A stretch of DNA of 64,000 nt from an uncultured Alphaproteobacteria bacterium (GTDB lineage Bacteria; Pseudomonadota; Alphaproteobacteria; Rhizobiales; Hyphomicrobiaceae), in contig CAWJYN010000002.1 of assembly GCA_963847145.1 (NCBI GenBank), positions 17,810 to 81,809 on the forward strand. Reading direction: 5' to 3'. The notes beneath the pieces were generated by a model. It did not search any database. It had not been told where the DNA came from and saw nothing but the letters and a program-made list of their open reading frames with translations. Each line of letters starts with the position of its first letter. The first letter of the stretch is position 1. Shown in pieces: positions 53,539 to 62,853 of the stretch. The position numbers were made by a program, and so were the translations under genes.

Positions 53539-53756
53539 AGCCTGTGACGGTTGCGAGCCCCTGCCAGCTGATCTGCGTGATGGATGCCGAGCGTGCGTTG
53601 TGCGTCGGCTGTGGCCGCACGCTCCAGGAAATTGCTGGTTGGAGTGCGCTGGATGACAGCGCCAAGCAGCGGGTTGTGGCGGCGTTGCCGGCACGCATGC
53701 AAACGATGCCAGCGCTGGAACTGCCCCTGCCGCGGCGCGCACGGGTTGTGCCGTGA
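53535..53756 (+). CDS. DUF1289 small Cys-rich protein
   Basis: 73 aa. ATGA overlap with the upstream stop. Motif SPCQLICVMDAERALCVGCGRTLQEIAGW. Confidence 0.65.
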   Translation: MKPVTVASPCQLICVMDAERALCVGCGRTLQEIAGWSALDDSAKQRVVAALPARMQTMPALELPLPRRARVVP

Positions 53757-53787
53757 CAGCACAGAGCAGCGTCACGGAGAGTGAGAC

Positions 53788-54759
53788 ATGCGCATCGTTC
53801 TAGCCGGTGTCGGCGCTGTTGGCGGTATTGTGGCGTGGCATCTGGCACGGGCCGGGTTGGCCCCCACGCTGCTGGCGCGGCCAGCAACTGCTGCGCAGCT
53901 GCACGCGGAAGGGTTGACCGTGCGCGGTCCGGACGGCAGCGAGACGGTGCGCGTGACGGCGGTTGCCGAGGCCAAGGCTGCAGGGCCGTGCGACGTTCTT
54001 CTGGTGGGCTTCAAAGCGCAGGATTGGCCAGACGCAGCAGCGAGCCTGGTGCCGTTGATCGGCCCTCAAACTGTCGTCGTGCCGATGCTCAATGGCATTC
54101 CGTGGTGGTACGTCGATGGCATCGGCGGCGCGTTCGAAGGCCGGCGAATTGCTGCGGTGGATGCCACGGGTGCGATCGCCAAGGTCATCCCGTCGCGTCA
54201 AGTGATCGGCTGCGTCGTCTACACGGGCGGCACGCGCGAGACGCCGACACAAATTCATTGGAACGGCCGCAAACGTCTGGTGCTGGGCGATGCAATGGGG
54301 CCACCGAGTGCGCGACTTGCGGCCGTGGTCGCGATGCTGGCCGGCAGCGGGCTGGAGGCCGTGGCGAGCGATGATATCCGCCGCGAGGTGTGGAACAAGC
54401 TGCTCGGCAACATCACCTACAACCCGTTGTCCGTCATCAGCGGCGCGACCATCGGCGCGTTCGAGAACGACCCAGCGCTGTCGCGCGTCGTGCGGCTGGT
54501 GATGGACGAGGCGGCGGCCGTCGCGTATGCGTTGGGGATTGCGCCGCCGTTCGATCTCGACAAGCGGCAGGCCGTGGCACCGGGCATGCGGACTTTCAAA
54601 ACGTCGATGTTGCAAGACTACGAAGCCGGCCGCCCGCTTGAACTTGGCGCGATTGTGCACGCGGTGGTCGAACTCGGCCGCCGCGCCGGCGTGGCCACCC
54701 CTGTCATCGAAACCGTCGGTCTGCTCGCCGAGCAGCGCTGGCGCGCTGCGCACGGGTAA
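53788..54759 (+). CDS. panE: 2-dehydropantoate 2-reductase family protein
   Basis: N-terminal Rossmann MRIVLAGVGAVGG, ApbA/PanE-type middle section and a C-terminal helical domain (TSMLQDYEAGRPLE). Confidence 0.75.
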   Translation: MRIVLAGVGAVGGIVAWHLARAGLAPTLLARPATAAQLHAEGLTVRGPDGSETVRVTAVAEAKAAGPCDVLLVGFKAQDWPDAAASLVPLIGPQTVVVPMLNGIPWWYVDGIGGAFEGRRIAAVDATGAIAKVIPSRQVIGCVVYTGGTRETPTQIHWNGRKRLVLGDAMGPPSARLAAVVAMLAGSGLEAVASDDIRREVWNKLLGNITYNPLSVISGATIGAFENDPALSRVVRLVMDEAAAVAYALGIAPPFDLDKRQAVAPGMRTFKTSMLQDYEAGRPLELGAIVHAVVELGRRAGVATPVIETVGLLAEQRWRAAHG

Positions 54760-54761
54760 CG

Positions 54762-55781
54762 TTAGCCACTCACCTCCACCGCTTGGCCTGAACGGGCGCT
54801 TTTGAGCAGGGCTTCGAGTGTCATCGCGATGTCGATGGATTCATCTGGTGTGGCACCATTCCACTCGGCGACGCCGCCCGTGATCATGCGCGCGAAGCTC
54901 TCAGCCTCCAACAAGAAGCCGTTGCCCTCGGGCACCGCAATGGTCTCGATCCTTGAGGTCGCGGCCAATGCGCCGCGGCGGATGTCGAAGCTGGCGCGGC
55001 CGCCCATGGGTGGGTGGTTGAGGTACATGGTTTCGATGGAGCCAGCGTCGCCAGAAATCTGTGCGTGGCGGTGATAGCCGGTGGCGAAGCTGGAGGCGAT
55101 CTGCGCGATCAGTCCGCTGTCGAACTCCAGCGTGCCAGCCATTGTCAGGTCTACGCCGGTTGTGGCCCATCGCGCCGTGGCCTGCACGCGCTTCGGCCGC
55201 ACACCGGCGATGACGCGCACGAAGCTGACGGCATAGCTGCCCGCATCCATCAATGAACCACCGCCGACATCGGGCTTCAGGCGGATGTTCGACGTGTCGG
55301 AGAACGGCACGCCGAAACTGGAGCGGATCAACTGAGGCGTGCCGATGGCGCCCGAGGCCACCAGTTCGCGCACCGTCAACGTCATCGGTTGGGCAAGATA
55401 GGGATAGGCCTCGACCAGGTGCACGCCGTGCTTGCGGGCGGCGTCGAACATAGCGCGGGCTTCGGCGCCACTCATCGCCAGCGGCTTTTCGCACAGCACA
55501 TGCTTGCCGGCTTCAACAGCCTTGATCGACCACGCAGCGTGCATCGAGTTCGGCAAGGGATTGTAGATCGCGTCAATGTCGGGATCAGCCAGCAAAGCAT
55601 CGTAAGAGCCGAGCGCGCGCGCGACGCCCGTCTCTGTGGCGAAGGCGGCGGCTTTGGCGGCATCGCGGCTGGCGATGGCGGTGATGGTGACAAGCGGGGA
55701 GGACTTCACGGCGGCAATGAATTGGCGCGCGATGTTAGCAGCACCGAGGATGCCGATGCGGATGGGCTTGGCGGCGGTCAT
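54762..55781 (-). CDS. Gfo/Idh/MocA-family oxidoreductase
   Basis: 339 aa from ATG 55781. IRIGILGAANIARQF Rossmann start and the EKPLA motif (HVLCEKPLAMS). Confidence 0.85.
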   Translation of the reverse strand: MTAAKPIRIGILGAANIARQFIAAVKSSPLVTITAIASRDAAKAAAFATETGVARALGSYDALLADPDIDAIYNPLPNSMHAAWSIKAVEAGKHVLCEKPLAMSGAEARAMFDAARKHGVHLVEAYPYLAQPMTLTVRELVASGAIGTPQLIRSSFGVPFSDTSNIRLKPDVGGGSLMDAGSYAVSFVRVIAGVRPKRVQATARWATTGVDLTMAGTLEFDSGLIAQIASSFATGYHRHAQISGDAGSIETMYLNHPPMGGRASFDIRRGALAATSRIETIAVPEGNGFLLEAESFARMITGGVAEWNGATPDESIDIAMTLEALLKSARSGQAVEVSG

Positions 55782-55921
55782 GCGTCCACTCCTGGGGGCT
55801 GCCCTTGGGCTCTGCCTGTTCATTGCCACGTCAATGTGCCGCCGAACAGGTGCTGGCGGCACCTTCCGTCAAGCCGCGGCAGGCCCTATCTGTGCCGCTA
55901 GCTGTTCGCGATGGAGGCACC

Positions 55922-56266
55922 ATGCAAACTTACGCAACACCGATCCTGGCGCTGGTGGTGTCAAACGTCTTCATGACGTTGGCGTGGTATGGGCATTTGA
56001 ACTTCAAAAGCACGCCGCTGTGGGTTGTGATTTTGGCCTCGTGGGGGATCGCGTTCTTTGAGTATTGCATCGCGGTGCCAGCCAACAGATATGGTCACGC
56101 GGTTTACTCGGCGGCCGAACTGAAAACCCTCCAGGAGGTGGTGACCTTGATCGTGTTCGCGGGCTTTTCGGTGTTCTATCTGAAAGAGCCCCTGGGCTGG
56201 AGCCACGTGGCGGGCTTCACCCTGATCGCGGCCGGCGCGGCGCTCATCTTCAGCGCACGGGGGTGA
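55922..56266 (+). CDS. small DMT-superfamily membrane protein (DUF486-like)
   Basis: 114 aa, four hydrophobic helices, FMTLAWYGHL start typical of DUF486. Confidence 0.65.
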   Translation: MQTYATPILALVVSNVFMTLAWYGHLNFKSTPLWVVILASWGIAFFEYCIAVPANRYGHAVYSAAELKTLQEVVTLIVFAGFSVFYLKEPLGWSHVAGFTLIAAGAALIFSARG

Positions 56267-56270
56267 GACC

Positions 56271-56786
56271 ATGAGCCATCAGGTTGCGCTTTTTGCCGGT
56301 TCGCCGCTGGTGCTGCGGCCGTTCCTCGATATCGTCCCGGATGCGCGCGCGTACACGTTGACGGTGGACGGGGAGACCGGCGTCATCCCGTTCGATGACC
56401 ACGTCGAGGATGCACTGCAGCGGCGGTTCGGCACCGGCGATTGGCCCGCGGGGCAGGCGCTGTTACTGTCGACGACGGTACAGACGTTTGCGGCCGAGTG
56501 CTCGCTGCGCGCGCCGCTGGCGTACCTGGAGACGCACTACGATGGCACGGGTGGCCAGCAAGCGGCGGTATTGTGGCAAGGCGGCCGCGCGGTGGTCGGT
56601 CCGGCGTCGCTGGACATTGCAGGCGTCGGCCGCCAGCGCGCGCCAACGCTGTGGCCCATCAATGTCGTGCTGCGCGCGCTCGGCGTGCGCGCCACGGCGA
56701 CCGAGGACGAGTTCTCAGTGTTCGGGTTGGGCGGCTTTCGATCGAACGGTTCAATTCATGAGCGGGCGTGGCCGTTTCGGCTTTGA
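56271..56786 (+). CDS. hypothetical protein
   Basis: 171-aa ORF starting 4 nt after the DMT gene. No motif recognised. Confidence 0.4.
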   Translation: MSHQVALFAGSPLVLRPFLDIVPDARAYTLTVDGETGVIPFDDHVEDALQRRFGTGDWPAGQALLLSTTVQTFAAECSLRAPLAYLETHYDGTGGQQAAVLWQGGRAVVGPASLDIAGVGRQRAPTLWPINVVLRALGVRATATEDEFSVFGLGGFRSNGSIHERAWPFRL

Positions 56787-56789
56787 GCC

Positions 56790-57260
56790 TTAGCCCATCT
56801 GCACCTTTGGAATACAACGCACCGGGAAATTGACCGAGTTGGCGATGTAGCACTTTTTGTGGGCGGCTTCGTGCAGGTGCTCGGCGACGGCGGCGTCACC
56901 AGCCGAAATCGTGACCAGCGGGCGCAGCACGATCTCGGTGAAAAACCCGCCGCGCTCTTTGTCTTCTGCCATCGTGCCACGCGCCGCATCCGTGTAGCCG
57001 GTGACGACGATCTTGGCTTCGGCGGCGAGGTGGAGATACCAGAGCATGTGGCAGGTGGAGACGGCGGCGACCATCATGTCTTCGGGGTTGTGCCGGTCGG
57101 CATTGCCACGGAAAGCGGGATCGGCCGAGCCTTTGATGTCTGGCTTGCCGTCCATGCGGATGACGTGCTCACGGCCGTAAGCGCTGTAGCTGGAGGTGCC
57201 CGTGCCGCGATTGCCGGTCCATTCGACGTGGGTGGAATAGGTATGCGTCTTGCCGGTCAT
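56790..57260 (-). CDS. OsmC/Ohr-family peroxiredoxin-like protein
   Basis: 156 aa from ATG 57260. HNPEDMMVAAVSTCHML and KKCYIANSV hold the two conserved Cys contexts. Confidence 0.8.
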   Translation of the reverse strand: MTGKTHTYSTHVEWTGNRGTGTSSYSAYGREHVIRMDGKPDIKGSADPAFRGNADRHNPEDMMVAAVSTCHMLWYLHLAAEAKIVVTGYTDAARGTMAEDKERGGFFTEIVLRPLVTISAGDAAVAEHLHEAAHKKCYIANSVNFPVRCIPKVQMG

Positions 57261-57391
57261 GGAATCGATCCTAAGGTTTGTGCCGGCGAAAATGGGGACA
57301 GCCACACTCTCGGCTCTGAAAAGTCACGCTATCGCAGCCACCGCGTGCCGAAAAGGTGGCTGTCCGCGTTTTCGCTCGCTATAACGCGGCC

Positions 57392-60300
57392 ATGACCGAC
57401 ACACCGAAGACGTCCGACCCCAGCGCACGCGCGCAGCAAACCTCCATTCCCGACGGCGAACCCGTGCCGGTGGGCAAGGGCAGCCATGTGTATCTGATCG
57501 ATGGATCGGGGTTTATCTTCCGTGCGTTCCACGCGCTGCCGCCACTGACGCGGAGTTCGGACGGGCTGCCGGTGGGGGCGGTGCAGGGCTTCTGCAACAT
57601 GCTGTGGAAACTCGTGCAGGAAAGCCGCGGCTCCAAAGGGCCGACGCATCTGGCGGTGATTTTCGATGCGGGCTCGAAGACGTTCCGAAATGAGATCTAC
57701 GCAGAGTACAAGGCGCACCGGCCACCGTTGCCGGAGGAGCTGATCCCGCAGTTCCCGCTGATCCGCAATGCCGTGACGGCCTTCAACATCGCGTCCATCG
57801 AGCAGGACGGTTTTGAAGCCGACGACATCATCGCGACGTACGCAGTGCAGGCGCGCGCAGCCGGCGCAGACGTGACGATTGTGTCGTCCGACAAGGATTT
57901 GATGCAACTCGTGGGCGGCGGCATCGGCATGCTGGACACAATGAAGAACAAGGTGATCGGCCACGACGAAGTCATCGAGAAGTTCGGCGTGCCGCCGGAC
58001 AAGGTCATCGACGTGCAATCGCTGGCGGGTGACAGCACTGATAATGTGCCGGGCGTGCCGGGCATCGGCATCAAGACAGCGGCGGAACTGATCAAGGAGT
58101 ACGGTGATCTTGATGCGCTGCTCGCGCGGGCGGGCGAGATCAAGCAACCCAAGCGCCGCGAGAAGCTGATCGAGTTTGCCGATCAAGCGCGCATCTCGCG
58201 CGATCTTGTGCGGCTGAAGCAGGATGTGCCGGTTCTGGTGGCGCTTGATCGGCTCGGCGTGCAGGCGACGGGTGCTGAGCAGATGCTGGCGTTTCTCAGG
58301 TTGATGGAATTCAACACGCTGACCAAGCGGGTTGCGGATACGTTGGGCGTCGAGGCACCGCCGCCCTCCGCGCGACCGGCACGGGAGAGCGCGACATTGG
58401 CCGCCGCCGAACCTGGGGGCACACCCACTGACCTTGCGCCGGCGCAGGCGGGCGGTCCTGCTGTCGCTGTCGCCGCCGCACGCGACGCGGCGCGAGGGCC
58501 GAAAATCGACGCTGGCCGCTATGAAACCGTGCGTGACTTAGGCCGGCTCGCAGATTGGATCGCTGACGCGACCGCGGCGCGTCGCGTCGCGTTCGACACC
58601 GAGACGACCAGCCTCGACGCCATGCGCGCCGACCTCGTCGGGTTCTCGCTGGCGACGGCGCCCGGCAAGGCCTGTTACGTGCCGCTCGGGCATACGACGG
58701 GCACGGGTGATCTGTTCGGCGGCGGCGGCAAGGTCGAAGGGCAGCTGGACATCAAGGCGGCGCTGGCCGCGCTGAAGCCATTGCTGGAAGATGCGAGCGT
58801 TCTGAAGATCGGGCAGAACCTCAAGTACGATGCGCTGGTGCTGCGCCAACATAACATCGGCATTCATTCCATCGATGACACGATGCTGCTGTCGTACGTG
58901 CTCGACGGTGGGCGCGGCAGCCACGGCATGGACGCGTTGAGCGAGCGGCATCTCGGACATACACCGATCTCGTTCGATACCATCATAGCACACGCGCCTG
59001 GGGCGAAGAAGGCTGACAAGACATTTGCAGGCGTGCCTATCGACAAGGCGACGGAGTATGCCGCCGAAGATGCCGACGTGACGTTGCGGTTGTGGATGGT
59101 GCTGAAGCCGCGGCTCGTGGCCGAACGCATGACGACGGTGTATGAAACGCTCGAACGCCCGCTGTTGCCCATCGTGGTGAGCATGGAGGGCGCTGGCATC
59201 AAGGTCGACCGTTCGATCCTATCGCGCTTGTCTTCAACATTTGCGCAACGCATCGCACAGCTCGACGAAGAGGTGCAGGCGCTGGTGGGGCCGAGCATCG
59301 GCGGCCAGCGGTTCAATCTTGGCTCGCCTAAGCAACTCGGCGAGCTGCTATTCGATACGCTGCAATTGCCCGGCGGCAAGCGCACCAAGTCCGGCCAGTG
59401 GGAAACGCGCGCGGGGTTGCTCGACGATCTCGCCAACAATGAAGAGCTGCCGGACGATGCGCGCAAGCTCGTCAACACGATGATGGAGTGGCGTCAGCTT
59501 TCGAAGCTCCGCTCGACTTACACAGACGCGCTGCCGGAGTTCATCCAACCGGGCGGGCGCGAGCGCATCCACACGTCATATGCGTTGGCATCGACCACGA
59601 CAGGCCGCCTCGCCTCGTCTGATCCCAATCTGCAAAACATTCCCGTGCGCACCAAGGAAGGCCGCGAGATCCGCACGGCGTTTATTGCCGACAAGGGCGC
59701 CAAGCTGGTGTCGGCAGACTACAGCCAGATCGAATTACGCGTGCTGGCGCACATTGCCGATATTCCGCAGTTGAAAAAGGCGTTCGCCGATGGCCTCGAC
59801 ATTCACGCGATGACCGCGTCAGAAATGTTCGGCGTGCCGGTCAAAGACATGCCGCCAGACGTGCGGCGGCGGGCGAAGGCGATCAACTTCGGCATCATCT
59901 ACGGGATTTCAGCGTTCGGCTTGGCTGCCCAGCTCGGCATCACCAAGCAGGAAGCCGGCGAATACATTACCACCTACTTCAAGCGCTTCCCCGGCATTCG
60001 CGCCTACATGGACGCCACCAAGAAGTACGCGCACGACAACGGGTACGTGGAGACGATCTTCGGCCGCCGCATCCACTATCCGGAGATCAACACCAAAAAC
60101 CCTTCGATGCGTGGCTTCCTCGAGCGCGCGGCGATCAACGCGCCGATCCAAGGCTCGGCCGCCGATATCATCCGCCGCGCCATGATCCGGATGCCGGGTG
60201 CATTGGATGCCGCAAACCTGCAGCACACGACGATGCTGCTGCAGGTGCACGACGAACTGATCTTCGAAGTGAGAGAGGCAGAAGAGGAGCGCGCCATCAA

Positions 60301-60406
60301 GACCGTCCGCGCGACGATGGAAGGTAGTTCGCTTCCCGCCGTCAAACTGTCCGTCCCCATTCAAGTCGACGCCAAAGCCGCCGACAACTGGGAAGCGGCA
60401 CATTGA
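57392..60406 (+). CDS. polA: DNA polymerase I
   Basis: 5'-nuclease domain (YLIDGSGFIFRAFHA), 3'-5' exo domain (FDTETTSLD) and polymerase motifs A/B/C (DYSQIELRVLAH, RRRAKAINFGIIYG, QVHDEL). Confidence 0.95.
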   Translation: MTDTPKTSDPSARAQQTSIPDGEPVPVGKGSHVYLIDGSGFIFRAFHALPPLTRSSDGLPVGAVQGFCNMLWKLVQESRGSKGPTHLAVIFDAGSKTFRNEIYAEYKAHRPPLPEELIPQFPLIRNAVTAFNIASIEQDGFEADDIIATYAVQARAAGADVTIVSSDKDLMQLVGGGIGMLDTMKNKVIGHDEVIEKFGVPPDKVIDVQSLAGDSTDNVPGVPGIGIKTAAELIKEYGDLDALLARAGEIKQPKRREKLIEFADQARISRDLVRLKQDVPVLVALDRLGVQATGAEQMLAFLRLMEFNTLTKRVADTLGVEAPPPSARPARESATLAAAEPGGTPTDLAPAQAGGPAVAVAAARDAARGPKIDAGRYETVRDLGRLADWIADATAARRVAFDTETTSLDAMRADLVGFSLATAPGKACYVPLGHTTGTGDLFGGGGKVEGQLDIKAALAALKPLLEDASVLKIGQNLKYDALVLRQHNIGIHSIDDTMLLSYVLDGGRGSHGMDALSERHLGHTPISFDTIIAHAPGAKKADKTFAGVPIDKATEYAAEDADVTLRLWMVLKPRLVAERMTTVYETLERPLLPIVVSMEGAGIKVDRSILSRLSSTFAQRIAQLDEEVQALVGPSIGGQRFNLGSPKQLGELLFDTLQLPGGKRTKSGQWETRAGLLDDLANNEELPDDARKLVNTMMEWRQLSKLRSTYTDALPEFIQPGGRERIHTSYALASTTTGRLASSDPNLQNIPVRTKEGREIRTAFIADKGAKLVSADYSQIELRVLAHIADIPQLKKAFADGLDIHAMTASEMFGVPVKDMPPDVRRRAKAINFGIIYGISAFGLAAQLGITKQEAGEYITTYFKRFPGIRAYMDATKKYAHDNGYVETIFGRRIHYPEINTKNPSMRGFLERAAINAPIQGSAADIIRRAMIRMPGALDAANLQHTTMLLQVHDELIFEVREAEEERAIKTVRATMEGSSLPAVKLSVPIQVDAKAADNWEAAH

Positions 60407-60427
60407 ACAGGCGTGGAGCGGAAACGC

Positions 60428-60787
60428 ATGAGCGACCGCCGCCTTGCTCCTATTCAGCTCGATCGAGCCAACTTAATCCTCGACAGTGTGCGGAGGCAAA
60501 TCGAAGAGGCGGGCGCGGGCGATGTCGACCTGCTCTTCGCGCTGCGCAGAAAAACCTACCAGGAGCTGACGCACGCCGAACGCGGCAAGCCAATGCAGCG
60601 CCGAAAATTGAAGGTGGAGTTGCGCAAACGCCGGGGCGGACCGTGCAAGCATTGCGATGAACCGCTTCCGGCGCGCTACGTGGTGCTTGATCGCTTCGTC
60701 GCCGCCAAAGGGTACGTGGCGGAGAACGTGCAGTTGATATGTGAGCCGTGCGATCGTGTTATCCAGCTTTCAAGAAAATACCCGTGA
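60428..60787 (+). CDS. small zinc-ribbon protein with degenerate HNH-like core
   Basis: 119 aa. CKHC ... VVLDR ... ENVQLICEPCD (60644-60751) follows the CxxC-(D-H)-N-CxxC layout of HNH nucleases, but with Arg where the catalytic His is expected. Confidence 0.5.
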   Translation: MSDRRLAPIQLDRANLILDSVRRQIEEAGAGDVDLLFALRRKTYQELTHAERGKPMQRRKLKVELRKRRGGPCKHCDEPLPARYVVLDRFVAAKGYVAENVQLICEPCDRVIQLSRKYP

Positions 60788-60905
60788 GCGTGATCGAGGG
60801 AGACGACGAAAAACTGCGTGTATCACCATGCGGGTATCCGATAGTTGAGGAGGGCTGCGCTCATGCAACGGCAGGGAACAGCAAGAGGACAGAACCAATC
60901 CTTGC

Positions 60906-60940
60906 CGTGGGTCCCGGCCTTCGCCGGGATGACGATGGGA
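60906..60940. repeat. REP copy R1 (CGTGGGTCCCGGCCTTCGCCGGGATGACGATGGGA)
   Basis: Its reverse complement is identical to R2 over 29 bp. Internal hairpin CCGGCCTTCGCCGG. Confidence 0.85.
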
Positions 60941-61038
60941 GAGAATGAAACTTGGTTCCTCGGCAGATACTCTGGGTTCTTGCGTGCTTCTGACAGCGGT
61001 GGATCGCGTGCAATATGTCCTGCAACGCACTTTCTTCT

Positions 61039-61068
61039 CGTCATCCCGGCGAAGGCCGGGACCCACGG
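61039..61068. repeat. REP copy R2 (inverted relative to R1 and R3)
   Basis: CGTCATCCCGGCGAAGGCCGGGACCCACGG. Ends 17 bp upstream of the GIY-YIG start codon. Confidence 0.85.
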
Positions 61069-61085
61069 CAACTCGGTAATCGGCG

Positions 61086-61451
61086 ATGCGCGATCGTTAC
61101 AATGACCACCGAACGACGCCATGCGTCTATCTGCTCGCAAGTAAGCGGGATGGAACCCTTTACGTCGGTGTGACGAGCGACTTGCACTCGCGAATGCAGC
61201 AGCATGTCAACGGAACATTTGAGGGGTTCACGAAGCGGTATGGCGTGCGGACTCTAATTTACTACGAGATGCATGATACGATGGCGCAGGCCATATCGCG
61301 CGAAAAGCGTATCAAGGAATGGAAGCGGGCTTGGAAGGTTCGGTTGATACAGTCAGTCAATCCGGAATGGCTTGATCTCTTTGATCGTGAGAGCGGCGCC
61401 ATCGCAGACGCACCTGCAGACCACGAGAGGCTCAAACAAGAACCGCCGTGA
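61086..61451 (+). CDS. GIY-YIG nuclease family protein (small stand-alone URI domain)
   Basis: 121 aa. CVYLLASKRDGTLYVGVTSDLHSRMQQH ... REKRIKEW is the GIY-(x10)-YVG plus conserved Arg/Glu pattern of COG2827-type proteins. Confidence 0.8.
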   Translation: MRDRYNDHRTTPCVYLLASKRDGTLYVGVTSDLHSRMQQHVNGTFEGFTKRYGVRTLIYYEMHDTMAQAISREKRIKEWKRAWKVRLIQSVNPEWLDLFDRESGAIADAPADHERLKQEPP

Positions 61452-61486
61452 CGTGGGTCCCGGCCTGCGCCGGGATGACGATGGGA
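61452..61486. repeat. REP copy R3
   Basis: CGTGGGTCCCGGCCTGCGCCGGGATGACGATGGGA. Begins at the nucleotide after the GIY-YIG stop codon. Matches the R2 reverse complement at 28 of 29 positions. Confidence 0.85.
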
Positions 61487-61568
61487 ATTGATCGGTCCGG
61501 AGTTGCTGTTGAGTAGTTGCCGGCGTCACGTTACGTCATAGTTTCCACCCACGAGTTGAGGGCCCCCC

Positions 61569-61898
61569 ATGATCTATGAACTTCGCATTTATGACTGTGT
61601 CCCCGGCCGACTGCCGGCGTTGTTGAAGCGGTTTGAGACCGTGACGCTGAAGCTGTGGGAGCAGCATGGCATCCGGCAGGTCGGTTTCTGGACGACGTTG
61701 GTCGGACCGTCGAGCCACCGGCTGACGTATCTGATCGCGTGGGAAAACCTCGCCGAGCGCGAGCAGAAGTGGGACAAGTTCCAGGCCGACCTGACGTGGA
61801 TCGCCGCGCGCACGGCGAGCGAAGTTGACGGCGGGCCGATCCTGAAGAACGTCGAGAGCTCGTTCCTGACGCCGACGGCGTTCTCGAAACTGCGCTGA
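61569..61898 (+). CDS. NIPSNAP-family protein
   Basis: 109 aa. MIYELRIYDCVPGRLPALLKRFE ... FWTTLVG is typical of NIPSNAP. Confidence 0.75.
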   Translation: MIYELRIYDCVPGRLPALLKRFETVTLKLWEQHGIRQVGFWTTLVGPSSHRLTYLIAWENLAEREQKWDKFQADLTWIAARTASEVDGGPILKNVESSFLTPTAFSKLR

Positions 61899-61916
61899 CG
61901 GCCGTGTTCACAAACG

Positions 61917-61946
61917 AAAAAAGGGGAAACCGTCGCCGGTTTCCCC
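61917..61946 (-). terminator. Rho-independent terminator for the TPR gene (possibly bidirectional)
   Basis: Perfect 10-bp stem GGGGAAACCG / CGGTTTCCCC (61923-61932 / 61937-61946) with a 4-nt loop. On the minus strand it is followed by TTTTTT (61917-61922), 29 nt after the TPR gene stop. Confidence 0.8.
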
Positions 61947-61974
61947 CAATTGATAATCGACCGTTTTCGAATGC

Positions 61975-62757
61975 TCAGCTGCCGAGCTTCTTGATGGCGT
62001 CGGCGGCAGCAGCCAACTTGGGATCGAGCTCGAGCGCCCTCTTGAGGTCGGCCATGGCAGCGGCTTTATCGGTCTTGATCTTGGCGAAGCCGCGCGCGGC
62101 GTAAGCCAGCGCCGACTTCGGGTCGAGCTTGATGGCTTCTTCGGCATCCTTCATGGCGTCGGCATCTTTGCCGAGGCGCTGCGTCGCGTAGGCGCGGTTG
62201 GCCAGCGCGACAGATGACTTTGGATCGATCGCCAGTGCGGCGTCGGCGTCCTTGATTGAGTTGGGCAGTGCGCCGAGCAGGCGGTACTGGGCGGCGCGGC
62301 CAAGCAGGGCGCTGAGGTTCTTCGGATCATACTTGAGAGCCACGGAGTAGTCGGCGGCTGAGCGGATTTTCTGGCCGAGGGAGGCGCGGACATCAGCACG
62401 CTTCGACCAGAGGGCCGCGTCTTTCGGACTGGCGGCGAGCGCCCAAGAGAGCTGCTTGAGCGCGCCCTTCAAATCGCCGGTTGCTTTGGCGGCGTCGGCG
62501 AGGCCGGTGTAGCCGACCGCCATGGCGGCGCGGTCTTTGCCGGCGTCTTTCAACAGCGCCTTACAGGCAACCGCGGTTTTGGCGAGATCGGTGCGCTGCG
62601 TGCAGTCAGCGAGCGATGTGGAGGCGGCCGGCGCGGCGGGGGTGGGCGCGGCGGCCTGTGCGGTGGTGGGTGCAGCAGGGGCGGCCGGCGCTTGGGCGGA
62701 AACAGATGACAGCGCGGCGGCCGAGATGATGGCGGCCAGCAGAGACGTGCGGAACAT
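61975..62757 (-). CDS. exported TPR-repeat protein
   Basis: Signal peptide MFRTSLLAAIISAAALSSVSAQA. Several 34-residue TPR-like units (ALKYDPKNLSALLGRAAQY..., AIKLDPKSALAYAARGFAK...). Confidence 0.75.
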   Translation of the reverse strand: MFRTSLLAAIISAAALSSVSAQAPAAPAAPTTAQAAAPTPAAPAASTSLADCTQRTDLAKTAVACKALLKDAGKDRAAMAVGYTGLADAAKATGDLKGALKQLSWALAASPKDAALWSKRADVRASLGQKIRSAADYSVALKYDPKNLSALLGRAAQYRLLGALPNSIKDADAALAIDPKSSVALANRAYATQRLGKDADAMKDAEEAIKLDPKSALAYAARGFAKIKTDKAAAMADLKRALELDPKLAAAADAIKKLGS

Positions 62758-62853
62758 GAGGGGTCCTTGGGTGAGGTGACGGTCACAGCTGTAGCGTCAG
62801 GGCGGTTTAGTGTCTTTGCCGGGCGCTGGCAATTCTCGTTCGTGGGCAGATGG

